The notes under the pieces were generated by a model, which saw only the letters and a list, made by a program, of their open reading frames with translations, was not told where the DNA came from and made no database searches. The translations under genes and the position numbers were made by a program. Shown piece by piece: positions 12,439-25,444 of a stretch of DNA of 64,000 nt. This DNA comes from Raja brachyura (Eukaryota): contig OY740781.1 of the NCBI GenBank assembly GCA_963514005.1, forward strand, positions 164,114,001 through 164,178,000, written 5' to 3'. Numbering within the stretch: position 1 is the first letter of the stretch; the number at the start of each line of letters is the position of its first letter.

Positions 12439-14272
12439 TTTTTTTTAATATACCTTTATTTATTAGTGGTACTGTAAGTTACGTCAGTGTATATCCCTTG
12501 TATTGTATTCCAGTCATTGTACCCCTTAATTTTTTATTTTTATTTTAAGGCTTTAGAAAAGAGAGAATAGAGAGAAAAATAGCAGCATATAACATATAAC
12601 AATTACAGCACGGAAACAGGCCATCTCGGCCCTTCAAGTCCGTGCCGAACAACTTTTTTCCCTTAGTCCCACCTGCCTGCACTCATACCATAACCCTCCA
12701 TACCCTTCTCATCCATATGCCTATCTAATTTATTTTTAAATGATACCAACGAACCTGCCGCCACCACTTCCACTGGAACCTCATTCCACACCGCTACCAC
12801 TCTCTGAGTAAAGAAGTTCCCCCTCATGTTACCCCTAAACCTCTGTCCCTTAATTCTAAAGTCATGTCCTCTTGTTTGAATCTTCCCTATTCTCAAAGGG
12901 AAAAGCTTGTCCACATCAACTCTGTCTTTCCCTCTCATCATTTTAAAGACCTCTATCAAGTCCCCCCTTAACCTTCTGCGCTCCAGAGAATAAAGACCTA
13001 ACTTATTCAACCTATCTCTGTAACTTAGCTGTTGAAACCCAGGCAACATTCTAGTAAATCTCCTCTGTACCCTCTCTATTTTCTTGACATCCTTCCTATA
13101 ATTGGGCGACCAAAATTGTACACCATACTCCAGATTTGGTCTCACCAATGCCTTGTACAATTTTAACATTACATCCCAGCTTCTATACTCAATGCTCTGA
13201 TTTATAAAGGCTAGCATACCAAAAGCTTTCTTTACCACCCTATCTATATGAGATTCCACCTTCAAGGAACTATGCACGGTTATTCCCAGATCCCTCTGTT
13301 CAACTGTATTCTTCAATTCCCTACCGTTTACCATGTACGTCCTATTTTGATTTGTCCTGCCAAGGTGTAGCACCTCACATTTATCAGCATTAAACTCCAT
13401 CTGCCATCTTTCAACCCATTTTTCCAACTGGCCTAAATCACTCTGTAGACTTTGGAAATCCTCTTCATTATCCACAACACCCCCTATCTTGGTATCATCT
13501 GCATACTTACTAATCCAATTTACCACCCCTTCATCCAGATCATTGATGTACATGACAAACAACAAAGGACCCAACACAGATCCTTGAGGCACCCCACTAG
13601 TCACCTGCCTCAAACAAACCGGTCTATAATTGCTAGGTTTAGTTTTAGAACCCTTTTTAAACAATGGAACAACATGCGCAGTATGCCAATCCTCGGGGAT
13701 TATTCCCGTTTCTAATGACATTTGAAATATTTCTGTCATAGCCCCAGCTATTTCTACACTAACTTCCCTCAATGTCCTAGGGAATATCCTGTCAGGACCT
13801 GGAGACTTATCCACTTTTATATTTTTCAAAAGTGTCAGTACAATAGAAAGTAGAAAAGTGAAAAAGAGATGTGAAAGTGCCAAAGCGTGACAGAGGGAAA
13901 GGAAACCCTTGAAGAGATAGAAATGGGAATTAAAAGATAGACCCTGGAGAGGAAAGAAAAAGAAAGAGGAGAAAATAGAGAAAGAAAAAAGAAAAGCCAG
14001 TTACTTTATTATAAACATCTCGCAAATGAAAACTACCAACTCAACAATTTTTCTTCCCCCCTTACCAAGACCCGACACCGATACTTTTTTGAGGTATTCT
14101 TGCATCTTATCCTTGTAATAGATTTATAAATGTAGACCACGTCTTATAGAAACAGTCTGATTTTCCTGCTAGTCGGAGGCTCATATCTTCCAAGTGTAGT
14201 GTTTCGAACATAGAGGAAATCCACATATTGACTGTGGGTACTGGAGAATTTTTTCCAATTTTAAGATTAGCT
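12439..14272 (-). mobile_element. L1/Tx1 LINE 3' fragment, inserted in an older CR1 and itself split by a younger CR1
   Basis: Minus strand 14108-14270 reads PVPTVNMWISSMFETLHLEDMSLRLAGKSDCFYKTWSTFINLLQG*, fish-L1 ORF2 C-terminus style; poly-A and AATAAA near 12440-12462. Confidence 0.7.
12586..13841 (-). mobile_element. CR1 LINE, 5'-truncated, with in-frame internal deletion in RT (ORF 12663..13883)
   Basis: KSPGPD, GVPQGSVLGP, YADD motifs; same family as 60009-62977; (GTTAT)n-type tail. Confidence 0.92.
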
Positions 14273-14809
14273 TTATTCCAGTTATTAAGCCATATTCAAA
14301 TAGAGCCTTTTGAAACACGTTTAAATCAGGGGCCTGTCATCATTTTAAACACTTCTATCAGGTCTTCCCTCAATCTCCAGTTTTCCCGAGAAAATAATCC
14401 AGGTTTAAGCGAAGGATGGATTGGACACCATGGAGTTTTATAAGGCTGGAAGAAATAACACAGACAATGGAAAGGGGGAGTTCATGGAGACTTTTGAAAA
14501 TAAGCATGAACATTGTGGCATTGTGGCACTGATTGTGACATTGTGAATCGGTGGGGAAGGGATTAATGGGTGGTAGAATTTAGGTTGAGTTAAGACATGG
14601 ACTTTGTATAGTTTTGATTTTGCAGAAAATAGGACAGTGAAGACCAGTCAAGATTTTGGAGGAATAGTTGAGATTTTGGAGGGTAAGAAGCCAACGAGTG
14701 TTTGGTAGCACATGGGCTAATACAGGAACAATATTGTTCCCTGATGGAAACAGATTGTCTTTGCAATGCCCTGGATATATGTTGCTTGTTCTACTCCATG
14801 TACAACCCA

Positions 14810-15930
14810 TGATTGCAAAGCCAAGTACAATGCCTTCTCAATCTTTAGATGTGCTGATAATACCACTGTTGTCAGCCAGATCTACAATGATGGCATGGTG
14901 TACAAGAAGGAGATTGGGAGCCAAGTGTCAACAACTTGATCCTTAACAGAAACAAGACAAAAGAGTTGGTTGTTGGCCTAAGGACGTGAGGGGATGAACA
15001 TAATCCTGTTCACATCGATAGAGCTGCTACAGAGGTGGTCAACAGCTTTGGGATTCAAGGCATCCATATCACTAGCAACCTAACCGGGTCCCTTCACACT
15101 GATGCAGTGATAAAGATAGTTTATCAGCAAATTTACTTTCTTGGGCATCAGAAAAGATTCTTTACATTTACAAGGGTTCTCTCGAACTTCTACCAATGCA
15201 TGATAGAAGGTATTCTAACAGGATGCCTATACTCCCTCTTCACCCACGACTGTGCCCCTGCATTTGTCCAGCTTCAAGTTTCTGGGCACTCACATCTCAG
15301 AGGACCTCACATGGTCCACCAACACCACTGCGCTGGTCAAAAAGGCACAGCAACGACTGTTCTTCCTAAGAACATTGAAACAGACTGGTCTGCCTCAACA
15401 GCTGCTGACGACCTTCTAACGCTGCACCACAGAGAGCATACTAACGTATGGCATCTCTGTGTGGTATCTCAGCTGCACGGAGGCGGAGAGGAGAGCTCTT
15501 CTGCACGTTGTCCACAGAGCGCAAAAACTTATTGGGACACAGCTACCAGCCTTGGAGGGCATCTACCACACACGGTGCCTCAGGAAGGCCAACAGCATCC
15601 ATAAAGACTCCTCTCACCCTTGTAATGGACTGTTCGAACCACTCCCTTCCGGCAGACGTTACAAGGCCTTCTATGCCCGCACCACCAGTCTCAGGAACAG
15701 CTTCATTCCCAGAGCTATAGCGGCTCTGAACCGGCCCTGCTGAGTACTCCCCTCCCCCCCCCCCCCCCCCCACCCCCATGGACTGTCTCCCCCGACCTCA
15801 CACTTTAGTCTGTGTTGATTTTACTGGTCAAATGTTCGTTTTTACAAACCTTGTTCTCGGGGGTTGCAAACCGAAATCTCGAAGTTGCAAACCAAATCTC
15901 GTTGCACTTATGTGTAATGACAATAAAAGA

Positions 15931-15994
<64 letters not shown>

Positions 15995-16195
15995 CATCTC
16001 AGCCTGGTAAGACAAATCCTCCACGTGTCCCCCGAATCTGCAGAGTGTGGTGGACGCAGCCCATTACATCACCGGTTAGACACTTCCTTTCACCCAGTCC
16101 ACTTATGCAGTGTGTTGCAGCAGGGAGGCTTGCATCATTTGGTTGTCCAGTCTTAAGAACAATTTCTTCACCATTGCAATCAGTCTCCTAAACTG
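14810..16195 (+). mobile_element. Nested Rex1/Babar LINE fragments (older copy split by a younger one, ~15228-15993)
   Basis: LYSLFTHDC, FKFLGTHISEDLTWSTNT, LPSGRRY motifs; AATAAA plus (TTA)n tail. Confidence 0.85.
15931..15993. repeat. (ATT)n microsatellite, Rex1 3' tail
   Basis: About 21 perfect ATT units. Confidence 0.95.
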
Positions 16196-16599
16196 ATCTC
16201 CTCTTCCACATCCCCATTCCAAGAGTGCTGCCACAAACTACTTATATTGTACCTCTACCCAGGAACCAGCTCCAATAGTAATTGTGGATGGGTGGTATAT
16301 GCTGGCCTTGCTGACAATGCTGAGATTCAGAAAAATGAAGTAATCCAATTGTCCTGTTCAATATACCAATATGATAACGGTTCTGAAGTTCTGAATTAGT
16401 TTGCTATTATGATGTTGTTTATAAAGTTACAAACAATTATTAGAGCCAAGAAAGTTACAACAGTTACCAGAAAAAAAATTGTCTGCTAACTTTCCTATGC
16501 AGTGCCCTGGGACATTTCACTTTCGTTTCCAGTTTGTGATTATATTTGTTGTTACAAAAGCATTTCCAGAGGTTAGTTAATTTAAATGCAAATTTGCTC

Positions 16600-16921
16600 G
16601 AACTTAGGTGTGGAAACTTTGAACGAAACATTGAAGACCATCACAATTCTTTCTAAGCAGAATCCAATCCAAAACATACGCAACCTAGAGAAAATCATGC
16701 TCGTGATCATTTCTGGGTAAAGTCATGCAACACGGTAAATTATACAAGGCAATCTGTTTGTGATCTACGTTAGAGCATTGTCAATTTCCCGAGGGTCAAC
16801 TGAGCATCTAATGTTAATTGCCATGCAATGTGTATTTCAATTCCATCCAACATATATCTTGGAGCTTAAAGCACCAGAAAATGACTGTCATTCAACAGAC
16901 ACAAAAAATAAATCTTCACTC
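16600..16921 (-). pseudogene. Putative decayed exon following the NACHT core of the TTC41-like gene
   Basis: CTACAG| acceptor; in phase with the 45665 donor gives CNIPG|VKIYFL...QLTLGKLTML; later VAYVLDWILL...DGL; several stops and frameshifts; 3' boundary uncertain. Confidence 0.4.
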
Positions 16922-17409
16922 CTGTAGTCAAATCCTCCTGCAGCACAACTTTTTTTTATTGGATTTGGAGTAAATTTGGTAGAAAATAATAAGATCAAAT
17001 GAAGTGCATGCCCAACAAGGGATCGCTACAGATATGATAATCGAGAGTTTCTATTTTGACAGAATTGGTGAAATATTTGCATAGGATCCAGCAAAAATTG
17101 TACAAAACCATTTTTCTTTCTACTCAGTGCTATTTGCATATGAATAAATGTACAATTTGCCACAAGCTAAAAAAATTCAGTAGCATTTCAGAATGTGTGT
17201 AAGTTATTTGAAATAATTGCTTTAAAACTTCACAGATGCGTACGTTTAAGAGTGGTAACTTTGCACAAAGTAGGTCTATCTCAACATTGGCTTTGTTATA
17301 TAATCTCGTTCTCCTTTTGTATTATTAAATTTTAAATAACTAAAAGAACAACTTTTAAAAACGGCACATAATAATCTGATTTGTTGTATGTGTATAGCAT
17401 GATAGAGTG

Positions 17410-17705
17410 TTAGAGTTGTTGCCTTACAGCGACTGCAGCGCCGGAGACCCGGGTTCGATCGCGTCTATGGGTGCTGTCAGTACGGAGTTTGTACATTCTC
17501 CCCATGATCTGCGCGGGTTTTCTCCAAGATCTTCGGTTTTCTCCCACACTCCAAAGACAGGTTTGTAGGTTAATTGGCTTGGTAAAGGTAAAAATAGTCC
17601 CTAATGGGTGTAGGGTACTGTTAATGTGTGGCGATCGCTGGTCAGCGTGGACCCGGTGGGCCGAAGGGCCTGTTTCCGCACTGTATCTCTAAACTAAACT
17701 AAACG
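17410..17705 (+). mobile_element. V-SINE (HE1-like)
   Basis: B box GGGTTCGATC, V-domain, CR1 tail, (CTAAA)n. Confidence 0.88.
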
Positions 17706-17842
17706 AAACAGTTTGTTCTGGGTTAATCTGTAAAAAACACAATGTTTAACCCTGCATAGATAAGCATGTTAAGTATCTCCTTGGGAGCCCAGAAAGATGT
17801 ACAATTAGTCAACACTCACAATGGTGATTCATTCAGTTTGGA

Positions 17843-18345
17843 AGACAATAGACAATAGACAATAGGTGCAGGAGTAGGCCATTCAGCCCTTCGAGCCAGC
17901 ACCACCATTCAATGTGATCATGGCTGATCATCCCCAATCAGTACCCCGTTCCTGCCTTCTCCCCATATCCCCTGACTCTGCTATTTTTAAGAGCCCTATC
18001 TAGCTCTCTCTTGAAAGCATCCAGAGAATCTGCCTCCACCGAGGCAGAGAATTCCACAGACTCACCACTCTCTGTGAGAAAAAGTGTTTCCTCGTCTCCG
18101 TTCTAAATGGCTTACTCTTTATTCTTAAACTGTGGCCCCTGGTTCTGGACTCCCCCAACATCGTGAGCATGTTTCCTGCCTCTAGTGTGTCCAAACCCTT
18201 AACAATCTTATATGTTTCAATGAGATATCCTCTCATCATTCTAAACTGTACAAGCCCAGCTGCTCTATTCTTTCAACATATGACAGTCTCGCCATCCCGG
18301 GAATTAACCTTGTAAACCTATGCTGCACTCCCTCAATAGCAAGAA
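17843..18345 (-). mobile_element. CR1 LINE 3' fragment
   Basis: ORF 18000..18239 is the CR1 ORF2 C-terminus; (ATTGTCT)n tail. Confidence 0.9.
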
Positions 18346-19109
18346 TAGCAAGAGTGACCAGTTCCAGCCAACTTCTGGAATCTTACTTGGACACCTTTGT
18401 ACAATTTGAAATAAAAATTAAGGTTTGAGTACTGTCTGTGTGGAGTTTCCACGTTCTCCTGTGACCTCGTGGGTTTTCTCCGGGTGCCTCTGTTTCCTCT
18501 CACACCCCAAGGATGTGTGGGTTTGCACAAAGGACAGGGAACATGGAACATTACAGCACAGAAACAGGCCCTTTGGCCCGCAATGTCTGTGCTGAACATG
18601 TTGTCAAGACCAGTCCTTATCTGCCTGCATGTTTAACCTGGAGAAATCGTGCTTGTGATCTTTTCTGGGTAAATGATCCATAGCCATATCCCTCCATTGC
18701 CTGCATATCCATGTGCTTATTCAAAAGTCTCTTAAATACCTCTGTCATATCTGCTTCCACCACCATCTGCAGGAGTACTTTCCAGGCACTTAGTGCACTC
18801 TGTGAAAAAAATGGCCCACACACCTCCTTTAAACACTGCCCCTCTCACCTTAAAAATGCCTTTTAGTATTTGATAATTCCATCCGGGGAAAATAGGTTTA
18901 AACTCTCTCCCCTATCTATGCCTCTCTCCCCTTTCAATGCCACTCCCCTATCTATGCCTCTCCCCTATCTGTGCTATTAAAGTATATCCAATATATCTAA
19001 AATATATCTCTATCAGGTCTATCTGCAGTTTTTCTCATTTGTAGGTTAATTGGCCTCTGCAAATTGCCCCTAGTGTGTAGAGAGTGGATGTAAAATGTAT
19101 ATTCACAGG

Positions 19110-19400
19110 TTAGTCCTCCTGTCCCCTTCCACCTATATCCCTCCCTCTGGCTTTACATTTCACCCCTCTTTTCTCTCTATCTGACACCCCTTTGTCTCTT
19201 ATTCGCTCTTGCCTTGGTCACTTACTCCACCCATCTGCCAATCTGAAGCCCCCTTGCCCATATCCACCTATCACTTGCACGCTTTCTTCACCCTAGTGTC
19301 ATTAGTCTGAAGAAGGGTCCTGACCCAAAACGTTGCCGATTGATTCCTTTCACAGATGCTGTCTGACCCACTGAGTAACTCCAGCACCCCATGTTTTGCT
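19110..19400 (+). mobile_element. Penelope 3' UTR plus terminal module
   Basis: Pyrimidine-rich UTR like 2100-2370, then GTCTGAAGAAGGGTCCTGACCCAAAACGTT. Confidence 0.75.
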
Positions 19401-19607
19401 CCACTTGTATTTCTCTCGTCAACCTCAAACAACCAAACTTGGTGACTTGCTTAAGTATATCTAAGCTTTCTTGTCTCATGTTCTTTTGAGATGTTCCTTT
19501 AAACCTTCCTCTTTTATCAACCTTTGGTCATCTGACTTAAGGTTGTATTTGTATTGTCTCAGACTCTATTTTGTACAGCTTTAGGTGGTAAATACATTTG
19601 TATTGTT

Positions 19608-19828
19608 TAGGTTGGAACTGCAGATGCTGGTTTAATCCGAAGATAGACACAGAAAGCAGGAGTAACTCAGTGGGACAGGCAGCATCTCTGGAGAAAAGGA
19701 ATGGGTGACGTTTTGGGTCAAGTCCATTTCTTCAGACTGAAGAAGGGTCTCGACCCGAAAGAACACCCATTCCTTCTGTCCAGAGATGCTGCTCGTCCCT
19801 CTGAGTTACTACAACTTTGTGTGTCTAA
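19608..19828. mobile_element. Fold-back (head-to-head) Penelope mini-element
   Basis: Minus module then plus module joined at TTCTTCAGACTGAAGAA; flanks ATTT(G/C)TATTGTT. Confidence 0.8.
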
Positions 19829-20445
19829 ATTTCTATTGTTGTTGTATTGCAGTTAACTACAGAGCTTTCTGCCTGTTAATGTGGTTGAGCGGTTTCTAGC
19901 TGAGGGCATTTTTCCCCTTGTAGTTGGAGATTTTGGCAGCATCCTTTTCAACAGTAACCACCAGTAAGATGGACACAAATTGCTGGAGTAACTCGGCGGA
20001 TTAGTCTGACAGTCTAAAGAAGGGTTCCGACCTGAAATGTCACCTATCCCTTTTCTGCAGAGATCCAGAGCTTCTCCAATATTTTGTGTCCATCTTTGGT
20101 ATAAACTAGCATCTGCAGTTTCTTCGTACACAGTATGAAGGATATGTCCCCTGGGTCTATGTTAGTTGATAACTGCCCCATCCGTCTTCATATGATCAGA
20201 ATATTTAGTATTTGGAGAAACTCAAGGAGGTCTGAAGAAGGGTCCTCACCAGAAATGTGCCATATCCATGTTCTCCAGAGACACTGCCTCTTCCACCGGG
20301 TTACTCTAGCATTTTGTGTCTTGTTTTGTAAACTACCATTTGCAATTCCTTGACTCTACTTGAGGATGCAGATGTATTCAAGAGGCAGAAACTACTGCCA
20401 TTTGTTTCTATGCCAGAAATCATTCCAAACCATGACAACATTTCA

Positions 20446-20544
20446 CCCATTCCTTCTCTCCAGAGATGCTGTCTGTCCCGCTGAGTTACTCCTGCTTTTT
20501 GTGTCTATCTTTGGTTTAAACCAGCATCTGCAGTTCCTTCCTAC
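20446..20544 (+). mobile_element. Penelope module lacking the hammerhead core
   Basis: Starts CCCATTCC; 11-bp TSD ACAACATTTCA (20435-45, 20545-55). Confidence 0.8.
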
Positions 20545-20652
20545 ACAACATTTCAAAAAAAATTATAGGAAAAATAGGAAAGTTATCCACTCTTAAATCC
20601 ATCACAAACCCCACTGCAAGTGTCATACAACTTGTGATCGCTATTTGCTTAG

Positions 20653-20794
20653 TGTTATATTCCGGACGGCAGAATGAATAACAACTTACACGCTGGTTGC
20701 CTGGATCATGAGAGAGAGATTTATTACCCAACATTCCCAACTTATATTGAACACCAACTCATTAACATACATGAATATGTATGAATACATTACA
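20653..20794 (-). repeat. 3' LTR; PPT (AAAAAAAGGAGAGCAG on minus) at 20795-20810
   Basis: Direct repeat of 25445-25588 with ~7-8 differences. Confidence 0.95.
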
Positions 20795-20955
20795 CTGCTC
20801 TCCTTTTTTTAAGTATTAAATCTAAGTACTCAATTACAATTTTGCTGTTGTGATACTTGATTTAAAACAGCATTTATGAAATAAATGATAAACATAATAT
20901 ATTTATTTTACATATCTACTCATCATCGTTTTACTTATACAGTGAGTTACTTAAC

Positions 20956-23900
20956 TTACAAACCTAATCTGACTACTGGTTTACGGATCCTGCCTGTTCG
21001 TCTAACAGTGACAGGTGTAACAGGTTTAGGTGTTGACTCAACTGTAGGCTTGTTTGGCTCTGTTTTAGTACCCTTTCTTTGACCAGAGGGATCTGTTTCT
21101 TTGTCTGTACTAACTGAACTTTGTGTTTCAATCACAGTGGTCTCTTCCAACTAACTTTCAGATAAAAACTCAGGGATTAGGACTTCATGCTCAGTTTTTG
21201 GTTCATCTTTGGCTGGAATCATTTAATCAACATGAACACTTTTGATCCTACCTCCAACTTCAACTAAGAATCTTTTTGTTCCACAGACTTCCACTATTTT
21301 CCTAACATCCCATTTGTCTCAATTGGACTTGTTGGGAAGACTGAGAACATGAACCTGCTCATCTGACTTGAAGTACCTCTCCTTTTTGTGGGAGTCAAAA
21401 TGGCGTTTTTGATTTAACTGTTTTTGCTCAACTCTCAAGGCCAAATTGGGTTGAACTAGACTTAGGCGTATTCTTAGCCTTCTCTTCATCAACAGTTCTG
21501 CAGGTGAGTAACCTGTTGTTGTGTGTTGTGTGGTTCTGTACTTCAGCAAGAAACTAGTCAAATGGTGTTTCATGCTGAGCTTTGAACTACCCAGCAAAAC
21601 CTGTATCTTGAGAGCATCTTTGACAACTCTACATACCTTTCCACCACCCCGTTGGAGGCTGGATGGTATGGGGGAACAAGTGTGTGTTTTACACCATTCC
21701 GCTGCATGAACTCTTTGAACCATTCTGAATTAAACTGAGGTCCGTTACCAGAAACAAGTTCTTTCGATAAAATATGGCATGCAAAAATTGATCTCAACTC
21801 ATCTATGGTACACTCAGTAGTAGTGCTTGATCCCATATGCTTAACCTCAATCCATTTGGAATGACTATCTACTGGTACCAGAAAGTAATCATTACCCTTT
21901 TCACAAAAATCTACATGAACTCTCTGAAAAGGTCTACTTGGCTATGACCAGGGCTGCAGTGATGTTTTTGGTGGTTTACTCTGGCAATTTTGGCAGACGC
22001 TACATTTGCTCACCAGAGACTCAATGTCATTGTCAATACCAGGCCACTTCACAAAATTTCTGGCAATTGACTTATTATGGCAATGCTTACTATGTCAGGA
22101 TGTTCGGCATGAAGTTCATTCATAATTATGTTTCTCAAAGACTCTGGTACAACCACTCTGTAACCCCACTTAATGCATCCCTGCTCACATGATAATTCAT
22201 GGAGTCGATTATGGAAAGGCTTCAGCCCTGAGTTCAGAACTGAGTCCAATCCACTATTGATTTCAGTCCAGCCGTTCAATGTCTGTTCATAGACCCACTT
22301 CAGCACAACGTCTTTTTCTGTTTCTGCTACAATTTCTGTTGCAGTCACTGGACAATCTTCATCTAAAACTTGCATTGTGCAGATTGAGCTCTCACTTCCC
22401 ACGTCAGATTCTCACGGGGCAACCAGGACAACGCATCTGCAACTGCGTTTCACTTGAAGCTTCTGTACTCAACCTTGCAGTCACACTGGGACAGCAGAAT
22501 TGCCCAGCGCTGCATCCTTGATGCCGCCATGGAAGGTATAGCTGACTTGGGACCAAGTATCACTAGTAGTGGCTTGTGATCAGTCACTAGGGTGAATGGT
22601 CTGCCGAGAAGATACTGATGGAATTCCTTGATTCCGAACACGATGCTGTGCTTCCTTTTCTATCTGTGCATAATTGCGTTCACTCGGTGATAGGGTGCGG
22701 GATGCAAATGCAATAGGCTTTTCCTGTCCGTCATTCATTACGTGGGAGATTACTGCACCTGCACCATAACTTGAAGCATCACAAGCAAGTTTCATCGCGC
22801 GTGTTGTATCGTAGTGAACAAGGAGTTTGTCACTTGTCAAGTTTTCCTTGCAGATATCATATGCACATTGCTGTTCCTTTCCCCATGTCCATTTCACATC
22901 TTTTTGTAGCAGATGATGTAGTGGCTTTAGCACAGTTGCTAAATCTGGAAGGAATCGTGCATAGAACTGCACCATCCCAAGGAACGATCGTAGCTCTGAC
23001 ACACTGTTGGGATTTGGAGCATTCACTATTGCTTCAACTTTCGCCTTCACAGGGCGAAGTCCGTTAGCGTCTACTTTGAGGCCAAGGTAGACCACCTCTG
23101 ACTGTGCAAATGCACATTTACTTTGTTGCAGTTTGACAGTGTGACAATTCAGTCATGTGAGAACATGCTCAAGGATTTCTAGATGTTGCCCTCTGTGTAT
23201 ATCAGTAGGTCATCTGCACACACAATGCGGAATACCTTGTAACATTTTGTCCATGACAGACTGGAACATTTTCGGGGAGGATTTCGCTCTATTGGGCAGC
23301 TTTGTATATGAATACAAGCCCTTATGTGTGTTGATAGTCAAGTGCTGCTGACTTTCCTTGTCGTCATTGAGTTGGGCGCAAGCGTCAGACAAATCCAGTT
23401 TAGCGAAGACTCTTGCTCCGCTAAGTTCTGCGTACTGATCTTGTAAGGTTGGAAACGGATATTGTTCGTCATCAACGGCTTGGTTGATTGTGACTTTGTA
23501 GTCACCACATAGTTGAACAGTTTTATCGGCCTTGGGTATGGCCACCATTGGCATTGCCCAGTTACTCTGGTCAGTCTTCCTGAGTACTCCATTCCATTCT
23601 AATCTGTCGAGTTCTTCCTCCATTTGTTGCTTTAGTGCATATGATACAGGTCTTGGTTGACAATACACAGGTTTCACATCTTTCTTAAGTTGAATATGTG
23701 CAGAGTACCCTGTTATTCCTGTGTAACTGTCAGCAAAAATGTTTGCATGTTTGCTTATGACGTTTTCAAGACATAATTTGGACAAATCGATGCTGAAAAT
23801 GTTCTTCAAGTCTAACTCAATTCTACTCAGCCAATCCTTTCCAAGGAGGGTTGGTTTATTTCTGTAGCTGGCCACTATGATGGGCAGTGTTACTGACTGA

Positions 23901-25048
23901 CCATTATGCTGAACTTTACAGTTCATTTGTCCACATGTCTCCAAATCTTCGCCCGAGTAGGTTCTCAGCTTGACCTTACTCTCAAACAATGGTGTCTGTG
24001 GGAACTTTGTTACATACAGGTCTTTGCTCATGACTGAGCAATCTGCTGCTGTGTCAATACACATATTGATTAACTGTTCATTAATCAATAGTTTCGTTCG
24101 ATAGTCCTTGCCTTGGCTGGTTGTAGGCTTATCAATATTGGTTGCATAAATGGCGTACAACCCAAGTTCTTTCCCATCTGGGTTCACCTCCAAGTTGTGA
24201 ACTCCTTTCTGGCGTTGTCGTTTATTTCCCGCAGATTGTTGGTTTCCTGTTTCAAGCTTGGCCCGACATGCTGAGGCGATATGGCCTTTCTTCTGGCAAT
24301 TATAGCACTTGGTCATTTTGAACTGACAATATTGGGATGAGTGATTACCGTTGCAACAATAACAACTGGCTGAACTCGGCTCACCACCATACTTTGGTTT
24401 TGGTTTAGCGCCTCTTGGTTTGGCCATAGGCACTGCCTTGTGACTGTAAACAGCCACTGCAGTCCGTGGTGGACAAACCTCGCGAGCATTCTTTGATGCC
24501 ATCTCCATTGTGATAACAATCTTGCATGCTTTCTCGAATGTAAGATCTGGAGTGTTCATGAGTTTGGACTGAATTCGTTCATCCACTAGACCACAAACAA
24601 ATCTGTCACGTAGTGCGCGTCTGAGAAAGGTTCCAAAGTTACAGTGTAAACTTAAGTTTTCAAGGCAACAATGTACTCATTGATTGTCTCATTCTGCTTG
24701 TGGTTTCTAGTGCTAAATTAATAGCTTTCTGCTATTTCCAGAGGCTTTGGGTTGAAGTGTTCCTCCAACTTCTTCATAATGTCATTAAATGGCACGTCTT
24801 TTGCCTTCATGGGCGCAAGGAGATTCACGAGTGTGCTGTACACTTCAGGACCGATCTCCGTGAGCAGAATCGCTTTCATGCGTTCGCAAACGGCCTTATT
24901 TGTTTCAGTCACTATCTCTCCTTCACCATTAATCTCCATTATGTTGTTTGCCATGAAAAATGTTAGCTCTCTCCATATAGGAGCTGAACAGCTCTCTCCT
25001 CTTGTCAAAAGTGCCAAGGTTTCCGATGTATCCTGTGGACGCTGCCAT
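20956..25048 (-). pseudogene. Gypsy gag-pol, frameshifted
   Basis: Gag MAASTGYIG...HFNPKP; two Zn knuckles CYCCNGNHSSQYC and CYNCQKKGHIASAC; protease IDTAA; RT KLDLSDA with YxDD disrupted; RNase H LACDASSYG; integrase GPQF...PYHPASNG. Confidence 0.92.
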
Positions 25049-25423
25049 TGTGTCAGTCTCTTTTTTTTTAAAGTCTATTAAAAACCCAGATTTCCTGTCT
25101 GTTCTGGTGTAACAATTCACCTAAAACTTAGCTGTACAAAGGCTATTCAGCTTGAGGAACTCGACAAAAAAAAAATCGTATACAATCCCAAGGATAGCAT
25201 CTTGCCATGTTGACACAACATGGAGATAGCCTGACAAACTCTTAACAATTTGTCCAGCTGCTGTTTTAAACTGCAATCCGCTGCATAGAAGGATCTGCGG
25301 CCTATCGTGTCCAGCTCGTAAACAACTGTGACACAACTCCGTATTTACTGTTTAAAATGTTAAACAACACTGCATGTTGCAAAATAGTCCTGCACTGTAT
25401 TTAAAGGATGAGTTCACAAAGTC

Positions 25424-25440
25424 TCCCATCCTCGTCGCCA
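25424..25440 (-). promoter_or_regulatory. Primer-binding site for tRNA-Ser(GCU); second copy at 26302-26318
   Basis: Plus strand TCCCATCCTCGTCGCCA equals the recalled 3' 17 nt of vertebrate tRNA-Ser(GCU); 4 nt from the LTR. Confidence 0.85.
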
Positions 25441-25444
25441 ATTT

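Noticed and set aside
15778-16191. Poly-Tyr / poly-Ile ORFs
   Set aside because: Translation of the (ATT)n Rex1 tail
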